A model generated the notes under the pieces. The model had not been told where the DNA came from, did no database searches, and saw only the letters and a program-made list of their open reading frames with translations. A stretch of DNA of 39,818 nt from an uncultured Clostridium sp. (GTDB lineage: Bacteria > Bacillota > Clostridia > TANB77 > CAG-508): NCBI GenBank assembly GCA_964608075.1, contig CAZSMG010000004.1, positions 1 to 39,818 of the forward strand, written 5' to 3'. The position numbers and the translations under genes are program-made. The first letter of the stretch is position 1; each line of letters opens with the position of its first letter. This document shows positions 1-11,264 of this stretch, one piece after another.

Positions 1-386
<386 letters not shown>

Positions 387-401
387 TATTTAATTAATTT
401 T

Positions 402-3400
402 TTAATCTTCTATAATGTCTTCATCATTATCTATATTATCTATTGCTAAATCATTATCAAAAATGTCCTCATTTTCGTCATCTAATTCTTCGAATAATTC
501 ATCACTATCGTCATCTTCCATCATATCTTCATCTGACATTTCTTCGACATAGCTTTCTTCAATTTCATCATTAACAATAACATCTTGTTCATTTAATATT
601 TCTTTATCTTTTTCTAAATTAAAATCAATTCCTTCATCAATATCTTCTTTTAGCTCAAGTTCTTTATCATCTTGAGAATATAATTTAATATCTAATCCTA
701 ATGATTGAAGTTCTTTTACTAAAACTTTAAAGCTTTCTGGAACTCCTGGTTCTGGTACATTTTCGCCTTTTACAATAGACTCATAAGTTTTAACACGTCC
801 TACAACATCATCTGATTTAACTGTTAAAATTTCTTGCAAAGTATATGCTGCTCCATAAGCCTCTAATGCCCAAACTTCCATCTCTCCAAAACGTTGTCCA
901 CCAAATTGTGCCTTACCTCCAAGTGGCTGTTGTGTAACTAATGAGTATGGTCCTGTTGAACGAGCATGTATCTTATCATCAACTAGGTGGTGTAATTTAA
1001 GCATATACATAACGCCAACTGTAATTGGCTTATCAAATGGTTCTCCAGTTCTTCCATCATAAAGAGTTGTTTTACCATCTTCTGATAATTTAGCTTCTTT
1101 AAGTAATTCTTCTATATCTTTTTCTGTTGCACCATCAAATACTGGTGTAGATACTTTCCATCCTAAAGCTCTTGCAGCTAATCCTAAGTGTACCTCCAAA
1201 ACTTGACCTAAATTCATACGTGAAGGAACACCAAGTGGGTTAAGTAAAATGTCTACTGGAGTACCATCTGGCATAAATGGCATATCTTCAACTGGTAATA
1301 TTCTTGAAATAACACCTTTGTTACCATGACGTCCTGCCATTTTATCTCCAACAGATATTTTTCTCTTTGTTGCTATATAACATCTTATAACTTGATTTAC
1401 TCCAGGTCCTAATTCTTCTGAATTTTCTCTTGTAAAAATTTTAACATCAACAATTGTTCCTGCTTCTCCATGGGGAACTCTTAAAGATGTATCTCTTACT
1501 TCTCTTGCTTTTTCTCCAAATATAGCTCTTAAAAGTCTTTCGTCTGCGGTAAGTTCTGTTTCTCCTTTTGGAGTAACTTTACCTACTAATATATCTCCTG
1601 GTCTTACTTCTGCACCAATTCTAATTATTCCATTTTCATCTAAGTCTTTTAGTGAATCATCACCAACATTTGGAATATCACGAGTAATCTCTTCTGCACC
1701 TAGTTTTGTATCACGACATTCACAATCATATTCTTCTATATGTATAGATGTATACACATCTTCTTTTACTAATCTTTCACTAATTAATATAGCATCTTCA
1801 TAGTTATACCCTTCCCATGTTGTAAATGCTATTAATACATTTTTACCTAGAGCCATTTCTCCATTTTGAGTAGCTGGTCCATCAGCAATAGCATCACCTT
1901 TTTTAACTTTTTCACCTTTTACAACAATTGGTTTTTGGTTAATACATGTTCCGCCATTTGTTCTTTTAAACTTACGAAGTTTATGTACTACTGTAGATCC
2001 ATTTTTATATTTAACTATTATACTATCACCTGTTACCTTTTCAATAACACCATCATCTTCAGCTAAAACTAGTATCCCTGAATCTTTTGCTGTTCTATAT
2101 TCTATACCTGTTCCAACTATTGGTGATTCTGTAATCATAAGTGGAACTGCTTGACGTTGCATGTTTGCACCCATAAGAGCTCTTTTTGCATCATCATGCT
2201 CCAAAAATGGTATCATAGCAGCAGCTACTGAAACTAATTGCTTTGGTGATACATCTATATATTGAACCATGTCTTTGTCAACTTCGATTATTTCATTTTG
2301 ATATCTAACTCTTATTCTATTATGAATAAATTCACCTTTATCATTCATAGGTTCTGAGGCTTGTGCAATAATATATTTATCTTCAACATCTGCACTCATA
2401 TATTCAACAATATCTGTTACTTTATGTGTTTTTGGATCAACTTTTCTGTAAGGCGTTTCTATAAATCCATATTCATTTATATTCGCAAATGAAGAAAGTG
2501 CTGATATTAATCCTATATTTGGTCCTTCTGGAGATTCTATTGGGCAAAGTCTACCATAATGTGTGTAGTGAACGTCACGAACCTCAAATCCTGCTCTTTC
2601 TCTAGATAATCCTCCAGGTCCTAATGCAGATATTCTTCTTTTATGAGTCAATTCTGAAAGCGGGTTTGTTTGATCCATAAATTGTGATAATTGTGAACTT
2701 CCAAAGAATTCTCTTATTGAAGAAGTTATTGGTTTTGTATTTATTAATGTTTGTGGTGTGATTACATCTAAGTCTTGTATTGTCATTCTTTCACGAACAA
2801 CTCTTTCTAATCTTGTTAAACCAATTCTAAACTGATTTTGTAATAATTCACCAACACATCTAATTCTACGATTAGACAAGTGATCTATATCATCTGATGT
2901 TCCAAGTCCATGTGATAAATTTAATAGATAGTTTATTGAAGCTATTATATCTTCTGTTGTTATATGTTTTGGAACTAATTCATCATATCTTTCTTCTATA
3001 ACTTTTACTAAATCTTTTTTATTTGTTGTATCTATTATGTTTTTTAAAACTTCATAGTTTACTAATTCTTTAATATGTAATTTTGATAAATCAACTTTTG
3101 GTAAAACATTATGAATATTTACTGTTCCATTACCAATTATTCTTATCTTTTTATCATCATGTTCATAATGTTTAATATCTACTATATTTATCCCAGCATC
3201 TTGTATTTTTTCTGCCATTTCTTCTGTTATCTTTTCTCCTGCTTGAACAAATACTTCTCCAGTTTGTTTATCTAAAATATCTGTAAATGCAATTTGTCCT
3301 GTTATCCTATTTGCTAAACTTAGTTTTTGGTTGAATTTAAATCTTCCAACTTTTGCTAAATCATATCTTCTGTTATCAAAGAATAAACCATTAAATAAAT

Positions 3401-4157
3401 TTCTTGCTGCTTCAACTGTAGGAAGTTCTCCTGGTCTTAACTTTTTATATATTTCTACTAACGCATCTTCCCCTGTCTTAATTGGATCTTTTTGAAGTGT
3501 TGCTTCTATCATTTCTTCTTCTCCAAATAATTCTCTTATTTGGTCATCTGAAACAAGTCCAATTGCTCTTAATAAAGATGTTACAGGTAATTTTCTTGTC
3601 CTATCAACACGAACGTAAAAAATACCATTTCCATCTGTTTCATATTCAATCCATGCTCCTCTAAGTGGCATAACTGTAGATGTATAAATATTCTTACCAG
3701 TCTTACTATCAAATTGATCATCGTAATAACATCCAGGTGAACGAACTAATTGGCTTACTACAACTCTTTCAGCACCATTTATTATAAATGTTCCACTATC
3801 TGTCATAAGTGGAAAATCACCTAAATAAATTTCTTGTTCTTTTATTTCTCCTGTTTCACGATTTATAAGTCTTACCTTAACATGTAATCTAGTTGAATAT
3901 GTTGCATCTCTTTCTTTTGCTTCTTCCATAGAATATTTTGTTTTTTCTTCCATGTAATAATCGAAAAATTCAAGAACTAAATTTCCAGAATAATCAATAA
4001 TAGGCGAAATATCTTTTAATACCTCTCCAAGACCTTCTTCTACAAACCAGTCATAAGAATCTCTTTGGACTTTAATAAGATTAGGCATTTCAATATAATC
4101 GCCAACTTTTGCGAAATCTTTACGAGAAGCTTTCTCGTATTTAACTTCTTTGATCAA
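402..4157 (-). CDS. rpoB: RNA polymerase beta subunit
   Basis: Motifs [45 protein letters not shown] and [17 protein letters not shown]. Start moved from the track GTG (4166, inside the SD AGGGGTGA) to TTG at 4157, 5 nt after the SD. Confidence 0.99.
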   Translation of the reverse strand: MIKEVKYEKASRKDFAKVGDYIEMPNLIKVQRDSYDWFVEEGLGEVLKDISPIIDYSGNLVLEFFDYYMEEKTKYSMEEAKERDATYSTRLHVKVRLINRETGEIKEQEIYLGDFPLMTDSGTFIINGAERVVVSQLVRSPGCYYDDQFDSKTGKNIYTSTVMPLRGAWIEYETDGNGIFYVRVDRTRKLPVTSLLRAIGLVSDDQIRELFGEEEMIEATLQKDPIKTGEDALVEIYKKLRPGELPTVEAARNLFNGLFFDNRRYDLAKVGRFKFNQKLSLANRITGQIAFTDILDKQTGEVFVQAGEKITEEMAEKIQDAGINIVDIKHYEHDDKKIRIIGNGTVNIHNVLPKVDLSKLHIKELVNYEVLKNIIDTTNKKDLVKVIEERYDELVPKHITTEDIIASINYLLNLSHGLGTSDDIDHLSNRRIRCVGELLQNQFRIGLTRLERVVRERMTIQDLDVITPQTLINTKPITSSIREFFGSSQLSQFMDQTNPLSELTHKRRISALGPGGLSRERAGFEVRDVHYTHYGRLCPIESPEGPNIGLISALSSFANINEYGFIETPYRKVDPKTHKVTDIVEYMSADVEDKYIIAQASEPMNDKGEFIHNRIRVRYQNEIIEVDKDMVQYIDVSPKQLVSVAAAMIPFLEHDDAKRALMGANMQRQAVPLMITESPIVGTGIEYRTAKDSGILVLAEDDGVIEKVTGDSIIVKYKNGSTVVHKLRKFKRTNGGTCINQKPIVVKGEKVKKGDAIADGPATQNGEMALGKNVLIAFTTWEGYNYEDAILISERLVKEDVYTSIHIEEYDCECRDTKLGAEEITRDIPNVGDDSLKDLDENGIIRIGAEVRPGDILVGKVTPKGETELTADERLLRAIFGEKAREVRDTSLRVPHGEAGTIVDVKIFTRENSEELGPGVNQVIRCYIATKRKISVGDKMAGRHGNKGVISRILPVEDMPFMPDGTPVDILLNPLGVPSRMNLGQVLEVHLGLAARALGWKVSTPVFDGATEKDIEELLKEAKLSEDGKTTLYDGRTGEPFDKPITVGVMYMLKLHHLVDDKIHARSTGPYSLVTQQPLGGKAQFGGQRFGEMEVWALEAYGAAYTLQEILTVKSDDVVGRVKTYESIVKGENVPEPGVPESFKVLVKELQSLGLDIKLYSQDDKELELKEDIDEGIDFNLEKDKEILNEQDVIVNDEIEESYVEEMSDEDMMEDDDSDELFEELDDENEDIFDNDLAIDNIDNDEDIIED

Positions 4158-4346
4158 ATAAATCACCCCTATAAAATAATTAAGCAGAGAAAATTTATAA
4201 TATCTAAAAGAAGTCCTTCTCAGAGTATAATTCTTAAAGTAAGGTTCTAAAAAAGTCTGCTCTTACCATTTTTAAAACTCTAACATCAAATTTATACCTA
4301 ATTCCTCTTCTTTTAAAGAATTAACTAATTAAGATTTAATTAATTT

Positions 4347-4400
4347 AAAAAAACAGCAACAAAAAGACTTGTTAGCTACTTATTAACTAACTTGTCTTTT
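4347..4400 (-). terminator. Terminator-like hairpin inside the rpoB 5' leader (candidate attenuator)
   Basis: Minus strand reads AAAAGAC-AA-GTTAGTTA-ATAAG-TAGCTAAC-AA-GTCTTTT followed by TGTTGCTGTTTTTTT. No annotated gene ends here on either strand. Confidence 0.55.
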
Positions 4401-4499
4401 AATTATTATTTAAATTATTTTGAATAAATTTATTATTTTAATTTTAATCACCCTTATATTTTCTATATAAGTAGTTCTCAAATGTAAATCATGTATAAT

Positions 4500-4528
4500 A
4501 TGATATCACATTTACGCAAGCTTGTCAA
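4500..4528 (-). promoter_or_regulatory. SigA-type promoter upstream of rpoB
   Basis: TTGACA-17 nt-TATCAT with a TG extended -10. Confidence 0.7.
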
Positions 4529-4626
4529 TGACTTTTTGACCTTTTTAGCATAAAATTATTTACAATAAAATTATATTATGCTAATATGTTAAAAGATTTA
4601 AAAAAATAAACCACAAGGAGAAAAAA

Positions 4627-5130
4627 ATGATAGAAACTTTACCAATATTTATAAAATATATAATTACAGGATTTATTGGAATGATACCAGTTATAGAGCT
4701 TCGAGGAGCTATACCTGTTGGTGTATTTACATTTCATTTAAACTATCTTGAATCATTTATATGTAGTTTTATTGGAAATATTATTCCAGTTTACTTTATA
4801 GTAAAATATATAAGACCATTATTCGACTTTTTTGGAAGATGGAAAATATTTAAAGTTATAATTGATTGGGCTTCTGAAAAAGCAACTAAGAATATAGAAG
4901 AAAATGAAAGACTTCAAACATTTGCTGCCTTGGGAATCTTTATGTTTGTTGCAATACCACTTCCTGGAACAGGTGCATGGGTTGGGTCATTAATCGCAAA
5001 CTTTCTAAACCTACCACCAAAAAAAGCAATACCTCCTATTGTGTTAGGAGTTTTAACAGCTGGTATTATAGTTCTTACTTTAACTGCAATTGCAAATGGT
5101 GGAATACAATATCTACTGCAAAGAGGATAA
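4627..5130 (+). CDS. Putative small multidrug export protein (COG2426-like membrane protein)
   Basis: Family motifs MIPVIELRGAIP and FVAIPLPGTGAWVG; hydrophobic helices; SD AAGGAG. Confidence 0.85.
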   Translation: MIETLPIFIKYIITGFIGMIPVIELRGAIPVGVFTFHLNYLESFICSFIGNIIPVYFIVKYIRPLFDFFGRWKIFKVIIDWASEKATKNIEENERLQTFAALGIFMFVAIPLPGTGAWVGSLIANFLNLPPKKAIPPIVLGVLTAGIIVLTLTAIANGGIQYLLQRG

Positions 5131-5160
5131 AAGTAGTGCATTTATAAAATGCACTACTTT
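5131..5160. terminator. Bidirectional intrinsic terminator
   Basis: aaagtagtgcattt / aaatgcactacttt inverted repeat between convergent genes. Confidence 0.85.
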
Positions 5161-5175
5161 ATTTATACTCGCAAA

Positions 5176-6315
5176 CTACTCTTTAATTTCTTCTACTTTT
5201 TTATTATTTTTATATTCTATATAATCATTTAAAATTATCTTAATAACAGCTATAATAGGTACACCTAAAAACATACCTAAAACTCCAAAGTAAGCCCCAC
5301 AAATTGTTACTGCAAATATTACAAGTAATGGACTAATCTTTAGCGAGTCACCTACAATCTTTGGATTAATAATATTTGCATCTATTTGTTGTAATATTGT
5401 AACTATTATTACCATCCATATTGCTTGTGATATACCCCCTGTTATCAATGTAATTAATGCTGCTATAACTACTGCGATTATTGCACCGAAATATGGAATC
5501 ATGTTAAATAGTCCTATCATAAATCCAAGTAATGGTGCATATTTTATCCCCATAATAGACATAGCAATTGTTGTTAATATTCCTACCACTATGGCATCTA
5601 AAAATTGACTTGCTAAAAATTTAAAAAATATTCCATTTGTTTCTTCAAAATATCTCCCTAAATTATCATATGTCTTCTTTTGGAAAATTGCCCCTGCTAA
5701 TTTCTTTAAGAACTCTAATATTTCTTTTCTCTCTAATAAAATATATACAGATACTATAAATGCAACAAAAACATCAAATATAACAGAAGCAGCATTTATT
5801 GCTCCCTTTGCATATTCTGTTATTTTTCCTATATTTACGTATTCTTTTATATCAAAATCTTGACTTTCATTTACTAAATTATTTACTAAATCGCTTTTAA
5901 TCCAAGAATCTTCTGGTATTTCCTTATACTTTTCTACTGCTATATTAAAATATCCTTGGAAATTATTTGTAAGTTCTATAATACTATCAAAAACTACAGG
6001 TAATATTATTCTTATCAATATTATAAGTAATAATATAGCAATTAAGTATACAACAAATACAGCCAATTTTCTATTAAATTTCGATATTATCTTTATCTTT
6101 GATCTTTCAAATACACTTTCAACTTTTCTTGTAGGTAAATATAATAAATATGCTATTAATATACCTGCTAAAAATGGTCCTATGATACTAAAAAAATTAC
6201 CTATCCATGATGCTATATCATTAAAATTATCTAATGTTTTATATACTGAAATTACTGCTACAGCAAATAAAAACCAATATAACCACTTTGTCCAATGTTT
6301 TTTTACTTCGTTCAT
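5176..6315 (-). CDS. AI-2E family (UPF0118/PerM-like) transporter
   Basis: Multi-pass membrane protein with FNMIPYFGAII and QQIDANIINPKIVGDSLKISP motifs; SD AGGAGG. Confidence 0.9.
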   Translation of the reverse strand: MNEVKKHWTKWLYWFLFAVAVISVYKTLDNFNDIASWIGNFFSIIGPFLAGILIAYLLYLPTRKVESVFERSKIKIISKFNRKLAVFVVYLIAILLLIILIRIILPVVFDSIIELTNNFQGYFNIAVEKYKEIPEDSWIKSDLVNNLVNESQDFDIKEYVNIGKITEYAKGAINAASVIFDVFVAFIVSVYILLERKEILEFLKKLAGAIFQKKTYDNLGRYFEETNGIFFKFLASQFLDAIVVGILTTIAMSIMGIKYAPLLGFMIGLFNMIPYFGAIIAVVIAALITLITGGISQAIWMVIIVTILQQIDANIINPKIVGDSLKISPLLVIFAVTICGAYFGVLGMFLGVPIIAVIKIILNDYIEYKNNKKVEEIKE

Positions 6316-6324
6316 AATTTCCTC

Positions 6325-7080
6325 CTATATTTTAATTTCTAATTCTACTGGGCAATGATCACTTCCAAATATATCTGGATGTATTTTAGCATCCTTTATA
6401 TTTTTTTCAATACTTTTAGATATAATAAAATAATCTATTCTCCATCCAATATTTTTTTCTCTAGCTCTACCCATATATGACCACCAACTATATGCATTTT
6501 CTTTATCTGGATATAAATACCTAAAAGAATCAGTAAACCCACTTTCTAAAAGTTTAGTCATTTTATTTCTTTCTTCATCTGTGAATCCTGCATTTTGTCT
6601 ATTAGTTTTTGGGTTCTTTAAATCTATTTCTTTATGCGCAACATTTAAGTCTCCACACATAATTACTGGTTTTTTTTGATTTAATTTTAATAAATATTTT
6701 CTAATTTCATCTTCCCAAACCATTCTATAGTCTAGTCTTTCTAATTCTCTTTTTGAATTTGGTGTATATATATCTACAAGATAAAATTTATCAAATTCTA
6801 ATGTTATAACTCGTCCTTCTTTGTCATGTTCTTCAATTCCTATACCATAATACACACTTATTGGATCTATTTTTGTAAAAATTGCAGTTCCAGAATATCC
6901 TTTTTTTTCTGCACTATTCCAAAAGCTTTTATATCCATCAAATTCTAAATCAATCTGGTCTTTTTGACATTTTGTCTCTTGAATGCAAAACATATCTGCA
7001 TCTATACTTTTAAAAAAGTCACAAAAACCTTTATTCAAACATGCTCTTATACCATTTACATTCCATGAAATAAGTTTCAT
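6325..7080 (-). CDS. xth: Exodeoxyribonuclease III (AP endonuclease)
   Basis: Motifs SWNVNG, CIQETK, GDLNVAH, GWRIDYF, SDHCP. Confidence 0.96.
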   Translation of the reverse strand: MKLISWNVNGIRACLNKGFCDFFKSIDADMFCIQETKCQKDQIDLEFDGYKSFWNSAEKKGYSGTAIFTKIDPISVYYGIGIEEHDKEGRVITLEFDKFYLVDIYTPNSKRELERLDYRMVWEDEIRKYLLKLNQKKPVIMCGDLNVAHKEIDLKNPKTNRQNAGFTDEERNKMTKLLESGFTDSFRYLYPDKENAYSWWSYMGRAREKNIGWRIDYFIISKSIEKNIKDAKIHPDIFGSDHCPVELEIKI

Positions 7081-7117
7081 AATACGTTCTCCTTATATTC
7101 TAAAATTTATAATTATC

Positions 7118-7160
7118 TAAAAAACTGAACTCAAAGTTATAAACTGAGTTCAGTTTTTTA
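7118..7160 (-). terminator. Intrinsic terminator after the YabE-like gene
   Basis: taaaaaactgaactca / tgagttcagtttttta, a perfect 16-bp inverted repeat including A/T tails. Confidence 0.85.
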
Positions 7161-7165
7161 TTTTA

Positions 7166-8095
7166 CTAATTAACTACTTCTACTGGTAAATATTTAACTC
7201 CCCAAGCTAAAGCAGCTGAATGCGAATTCATATAAACATCTATTTTATTACCCTTTACAGCTCCGCCTCTGTCCTCAACTACATATGTTTTACCATTTAT
7301 TTTCAATTTAGTTCCAAATTTAAATTTAGATGATGCTGCTACTGTGCGACCTGCTTTAGCTTTTGTTCCTGATGCAGTACGTCCTGTTTTTTTACCACAA
7401 CATTTTGCGCAAGAACAATATGCTGTTACTTTATAATAGCCACTTGTAGCTGTAGTTCTACTATCTCTACTGCTTCTTGATGTAGTAGTTTGCTGAACTT
7501 GAACAATTTTGCTTATAGGCGCTTTTATAATTTCTTCTGATAATACTATTTTTTCTAATTCTATAACATTTTGATATTTTATTTTATAAGTCACAAGTTT
7601 AATACCCTCTTGTCCTTGTCTTAATACCTTATTTCTTGTATCTCCAGATGTACTTTCAGCATCTTTTGTAATTGTTTCATATGGTATTTTATCTTCAATA
7701 GTTACTATTTTTTCAGTTATAGGTGCATAATTTTTTAATATTTCTTCAATAGATGTATTCGTTCCACCTTCTGAAACTTTGGCAATTTGTATTTCTTTTT
7801 GTGTTTTATTCATTATTTTTATTGTTCTATCCTCTTTTAATTGCTCATTTAAACCTGGAATTACTTTTTCTTCTTCAGATAAAACAATATTATTATCTTC
7901 TAAAATTTCTGAAACTTTAGTTTTTGAAGTTAAGATTGTCATTTGATATCCATTTGCTAAAGTTATTGTTACATTGTCTATTTGTGTTGTTACAGCCATA
8001 ACTCCTATACCTGATAAAAATATAAGAATTAAGCTTACACAAATGATTTTCATTATAGAAGTAGAAGCTTTTTCTTCTCTTTTCATAAAAATCAT
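7166..8095 (-). CDS. YabE-like cell-wall protein (membrane anchor, DUF348-like, G5 and 3D domains; putative lytic transglycosylase)
   Basis: C-terminal 3D domain (VTAYC...GRTVAA...FGTKLKI...VVEDRGGAVKGNKIDVY), G5-like segment (IPYETI...QGQEG), downstream of tatD as in yabD-yabE. Start may instead be ATG at 8086. Confidence 0.85.
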   Translation of the reverse strand: MIFMKREEKASTSIMKIICVSLILIFLSGIGVMAVTTQIDNVTITLANGYQMTILTSKTKVSEILEDNNIVLSEEEKVIPGLNEQLKEDRTIKIMNKTQKEIQIAKVSEGGTNTSIEEILKNYAPITEKIVTIEDKIPYETITKDAESTSGDTRNKVLRQGQEGIKLVTYKIKYQNVIELEKIVLSEEIIKAPISKIVQVQQTTTSRSSRDSRTTATSGYYKVTAYCSCAKCCGKKTGRTASGTKAKAGRTVAASSKFKFGTKLKINGKTYVVEDRGGAVKGNKIDVYMNSHSAALAWGVKYLPVEVVN

Positions 8096-8119
8096 ATACC
8101 TCCTTTAAACAACAATTTA

Positions 8120-8148
8120 ATTATACTATATTTTGAATATTTTGTCAA
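8120..8148 (-). promoter_or_regulatory. Consensus SigA promoter for the YabE-like gene
   Basis: TTGACA-aaatattcaaaatatag (17 nt)-TATAAT. Confidence 0.85.
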
Positions 8149-8235
8149 TTTTTACAATTTTTGTATATAGCCTTGGTAATCCATGGCAATAGTATATTAT
8201 ATTCAGCTTGTACAAAAAATATCACAAAATTTTTT

Positions 8236-9018
8236 TTATTTTGTGATATTAAATAACGTTGTAGCATTGTTATATGTTATTTTTGCTATTTCCTCAGGAG
8301 ACATATTTTTAATGCTTGCTATTTTTTCTACTATATATTTTAAATTTCTAGAATCATTTCTCTTTCCTCTTAATGGATCTGGTGAAAGATATGGTGAATC
8401 TGTTTCAATAAGTATTCTATCTAATGGTACCATTTTTATAATATCCTCTGCACCTTTAGAATTCTTAAATGTTGATGTACCTCCAAATGCAATATATAAT
8501 CCTACATCTAACCCATGTCTTACAAGTTCTTTGTTAAAAGGACAGCAATGCAAAACTCCGCCTTTATTTACTTTATTATTTCTGATTATTTGAATCGTAT
8601 CATCTATTGCATCTCTTGTATGAATAGAAATTGGAAGTCCAAGTTCATTTGCAATATTTATTTGCTGAATAAAGGCTATTTTTTGAAGTTCTTTATTATC
8701 TTTATTCCAATAATAATCTAAACCTATTTCACCAATTGCAACAACTTTTGAATTTGTTTTAGCTAAATTTTTAATTTTGTTTAGCTCTTTCAACAATTTT
8801 GCTTCTGTTTGTGGAAGTTCACTTGGATGAAGTGCACATGTTGTGTAAATATAGTCATATTTTTGTGATAGCTCAATAGATTTTTTAGATGTTTCGATAT
8901 CACATCCTATATTTATACATTTAGTAACTCCCTCTTTATATATTTGTTTTAATATATCATCTCTATCTATATCAAATTTTTCATCATCATAATGTGCGTG
9001 TGAATCAAAAAATTCCAT
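8236..9018 (-). CDS. tatD: TatD family metal-dependent DNase
   Basis: Motifs DSHAH, AIGEIGLDY, IHTRDA, IETDSPYL. Start moved to ATG 9018 (SD GGAGG), which removes the overlap with acpS. Confidence 0.93.
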   Translation of the reverse strand: MEFFDSHAHYDDEKFDIDRDDILKQIYKEGVTKCINIGCDIETSKKSIELSQKYDYIYTTCALHPSELPQTEAKLLKELNKIKNLAKTNSKVVAIGEIGLDYYWNKDNKELQKIAFIQQINIANELGLPISIHTRDAIDDTIQIIRNNKVNKGGVLHCCPFNKELVRHGLDVGLYIAFGGTSTFKNSKGAEDIIKMVPLDRILIETDSPYLSPDPLRGKRNDSRNLKYIVEKIASIKNMSPEEIAKITYNNATTLFNITK

Positions 9019-9043
9019 ATTTTCCTCCGTATATGATAAAATT

Positions 9044-9418
9044 TTAATTGTATAACATAACAACACTTGCAACTGCATATTCTTTGCAATGTGAAATACT
9101 TATATCTATATTTTGGATAGCATACTTTTGTTTATTTAATAAATTAACTTTAGGTCTCCCATTTTGATCATTTATAATTTCAATATCAGTCCATGATATA
9201 TCATATTTATTATCTATAAATACAGAAATTGCTTTAAATACCGCTTCTTTTGCTGCAAACCTAGCGGCATAATGCTGATATTTTTGAGCATTTTTATTTT
9301 CACAATATTGTATTTCTTTTTTTGTGTAAACTCTATTTATGAATTTATCTTTTAAATTATCTATATTTTCTTTGATTCTATATATTTCTATAATATCAAT
9401 ACCTGTACTTACTTTCAT
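9044..9418 (-). CDS. acpS: Holo-[acyl-carrier-protein] synthase
   Basis: Motifs GIDIIEI, AARFAAKEAVFKA, GRP, ISISH. Confidence 0.95.
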   Translation of the reverse strand: MKVSTGIDIIEIYRIKENIDNLKDKFINRVYTKKEIQYCENKNAQKYQHYAARFAAKEAVFKAISVFIDNKYDISWTDIEIINDQNGRPKVNLLNKQKYAIQNIDISISHCKEYAVASVVMLYN

Positions 9419-9467
9419 ATTATACCTCTTATTTATTATAGCCAGATATATAATCTGGCCATTTTAT

Positions 9468-10988
9468 TTATATTTCACAATAATAATTCATATTTATATC
9501 TTGACCTAAATGCCATTTACCAATAAAGTCTATTAATATGTTATTATCTAAATTATATTTTGGTTCTATTATAGTCTTTCCATTTATATCTATACTTCCC
9601 CATAATCCGTCTTTTTTTACTGCCGCATATCCACATTCATTTTGTTCTGTGGCATCATCATAAATATAATCAACTACAACTTCACCTTTTGAATTTATGA
9701 ATCCATATTTGTTATCTTTTTTGTTTAAGAATAATGTATTTGATGTTAATACATCTTTATTTTGTTTTTCTTCAAATTTAAAGTTGTAATATTTATATTC
9801 ATTATCAATTCTTAACTTCATATATCCTTTATCAGTATTTATTTCAGACACTATCCCTGAAAGCTTATTATTAAATCCGTTGTCAAATACATTTGTATTA
9901 TAATTTTCATCTTCTGCAAAATATATATCTGCTTGTTTATTATATGTTATCTTAGAATATTTAAATTCTATTTTTTCATTTTTATCTTTATCAATAACAC
10001 CATATTTACCATCTTTTTTAGCTATAAATATCGAATCTTTTGTTTCTTTTATCTCTTCATACTCTGATGGAATTATAGTCTCTCCTTTTAAATTCATAAC
10101 ACCATATTTATTTTTAGATGTATATATAATTCCTTCTTCAGATTGTAGAATTTGTTTTATATCATCAAATCCCTTCTCTAAAACAACTTCTTTTTCTTTA
10201 TTTATTAATTGTTGCTTTCCGTTTTTTAAAACCACATAAAGTTTTGTTCCATATACCCCTGTAATTTTTTCATATTCATTAGATAATAATTGTTCTTTAT
10301 TATAGCTAATTAAGCCATATTTATCATTTTCATCAATTGTTATATAACCTTGTTTATAGTCATCACTTACATTTTTTATTTCTTTATAGTTTGTGTCAAT
10401 TACACTACTTCCTTCTGAATTTACTAATCCATACTTTCCATCTTTTTGAACTAAAATACTATTTTCAGTTCCTTTTAGAGTAGAAATTTTGTTATAATCT
10501 ATTGATAAAACTTCTTTTCCTGATAAATCAATTAAACCATATTTATCGCCTTTTTTTACCTTTAGCAAATTCTTCTCATACCATACATTATTATTTTTAT
10601 CATAATTTTCTAAAGCTTCTACTTGGTCATAGTTATTAAATATTTCTTCATTTTTGTTATTTAATACTTTAGTTTTATATTCTCCTGATTCTTCATTTAT
10701 ATCATATACACATAAAAATACATCCTTTTTATTGTTAGGAATTATTATCATTTCTTTGTAAGAAGGGCTAATTACTTCATTGCTTAAGTTATCTATTACT
10801 CCCCATTTATTATCTTTAAATAATATAAAATATGATTTGCTAGTTATTTTTCCTGTTTCTTTATCTTTTGATAAAAAACTCCTTATTATAAATATAAACA
10901 TTATAAGAACTGCTATTGCTATAATTACTGCAAATACCTTTTTTAAATTTAATTTTGGCTCTTCATTATATCTTCTTCCTCTACTCAT
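9468..10988 (-). CDS. Membrane-anchored WG-repeat (beta-repeat) protein
   Basis: Single N-terminal TM helix followed by recurring K[W/Y]G[V/L/F]I[D/N]xxG...Y units. Start moved to ATG 10988 (SD GGAGG). Confidence 0.85.
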   Translation of the reverse strand: MSRGRRYNEEPKLNLKKVFAVIIAIAVLIMFIFIIRSFLSKDKETGKITSKSYFILFKDNKWGVIDNLSNEVISPSYKEMIIIPNNKKDVFLCVYDINEESGEYKTKVLNNKNEEIFNNYDQVEALENYDKNNNVWYEKNLLKVKKGDKYGLIDLSGKEVLSIDYNKISTLKGTENSILVQKDGKYGLVNSEGSSVIDTNYKEIKNVSDDYKQGYITIDENDKYGLISYNKEQLLSNEYEKITGVYGTKLYVVLKNGKQQLINKEKEVVLEKGFDDIKQILQSEEGIIYTSKNKYGVMNLKGETIIPSEYEEIKETKDSIFIAKKDGKYGVIDKDKNEKIEFKYSKITYNKQADIYFAEDENYNTNVFDNGFNNKLSGIVSEINTDKGYMKLRIDNEYKYYNFKFEEKQNKDVLTSNTLFLNKKDNKYGFINSKGEVVVDYIYDDATEQNECGYAAVKKDGLWGSIDINGKTIIEPKYNLDNNILIDFIGKWHLGQDINMNYYCEI

Positions 10989-11264
10989 ATTATCCTCCAT
11001 AAGTTTTTTAATATCTATACTATATCATAAATTAGTATTAAAATACAAGTACTATAAAAAAACAATTAATTTTTCTACAATATCTTGTATTTTTTGCTAT
11101 TCTATAATAAAATAAAAGGCATAATTTATATTATAAAAATAAATTAAAAATAAGTATATCACAATTTGTAAAAAACTTTTTTGAGTTAGCATACCAAAAA
11201 AGACAAAATACTCTAAAGATAAAGTTTAAAATGTTAACTATAAAAAAGTTAAGAGGTGGTAAGG

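Noticed and set aside
2560-2720. Possible rifampicin-resistance substitutions in RpoB
   Set aside because: Cluster I reads [26 protein letters not shown], with the key Q, D, H, R and S residues matching the sensitive consensus.
9441-9459. Hairpin gccagat/atctggc between the WG-repeat gene and acpS as a terminator
   Set aside because: Short stem with no U-tract on the coding (minus) strand; read-through is more likely.
11060-11235. Spo0A boxes upstream of spoIIE
   Set aside because: Only degenerate matches (TTCTACA, AAAGACA) in very AT-rich DNA. Spo0A control is expected biologically but not supportable from the sequence.
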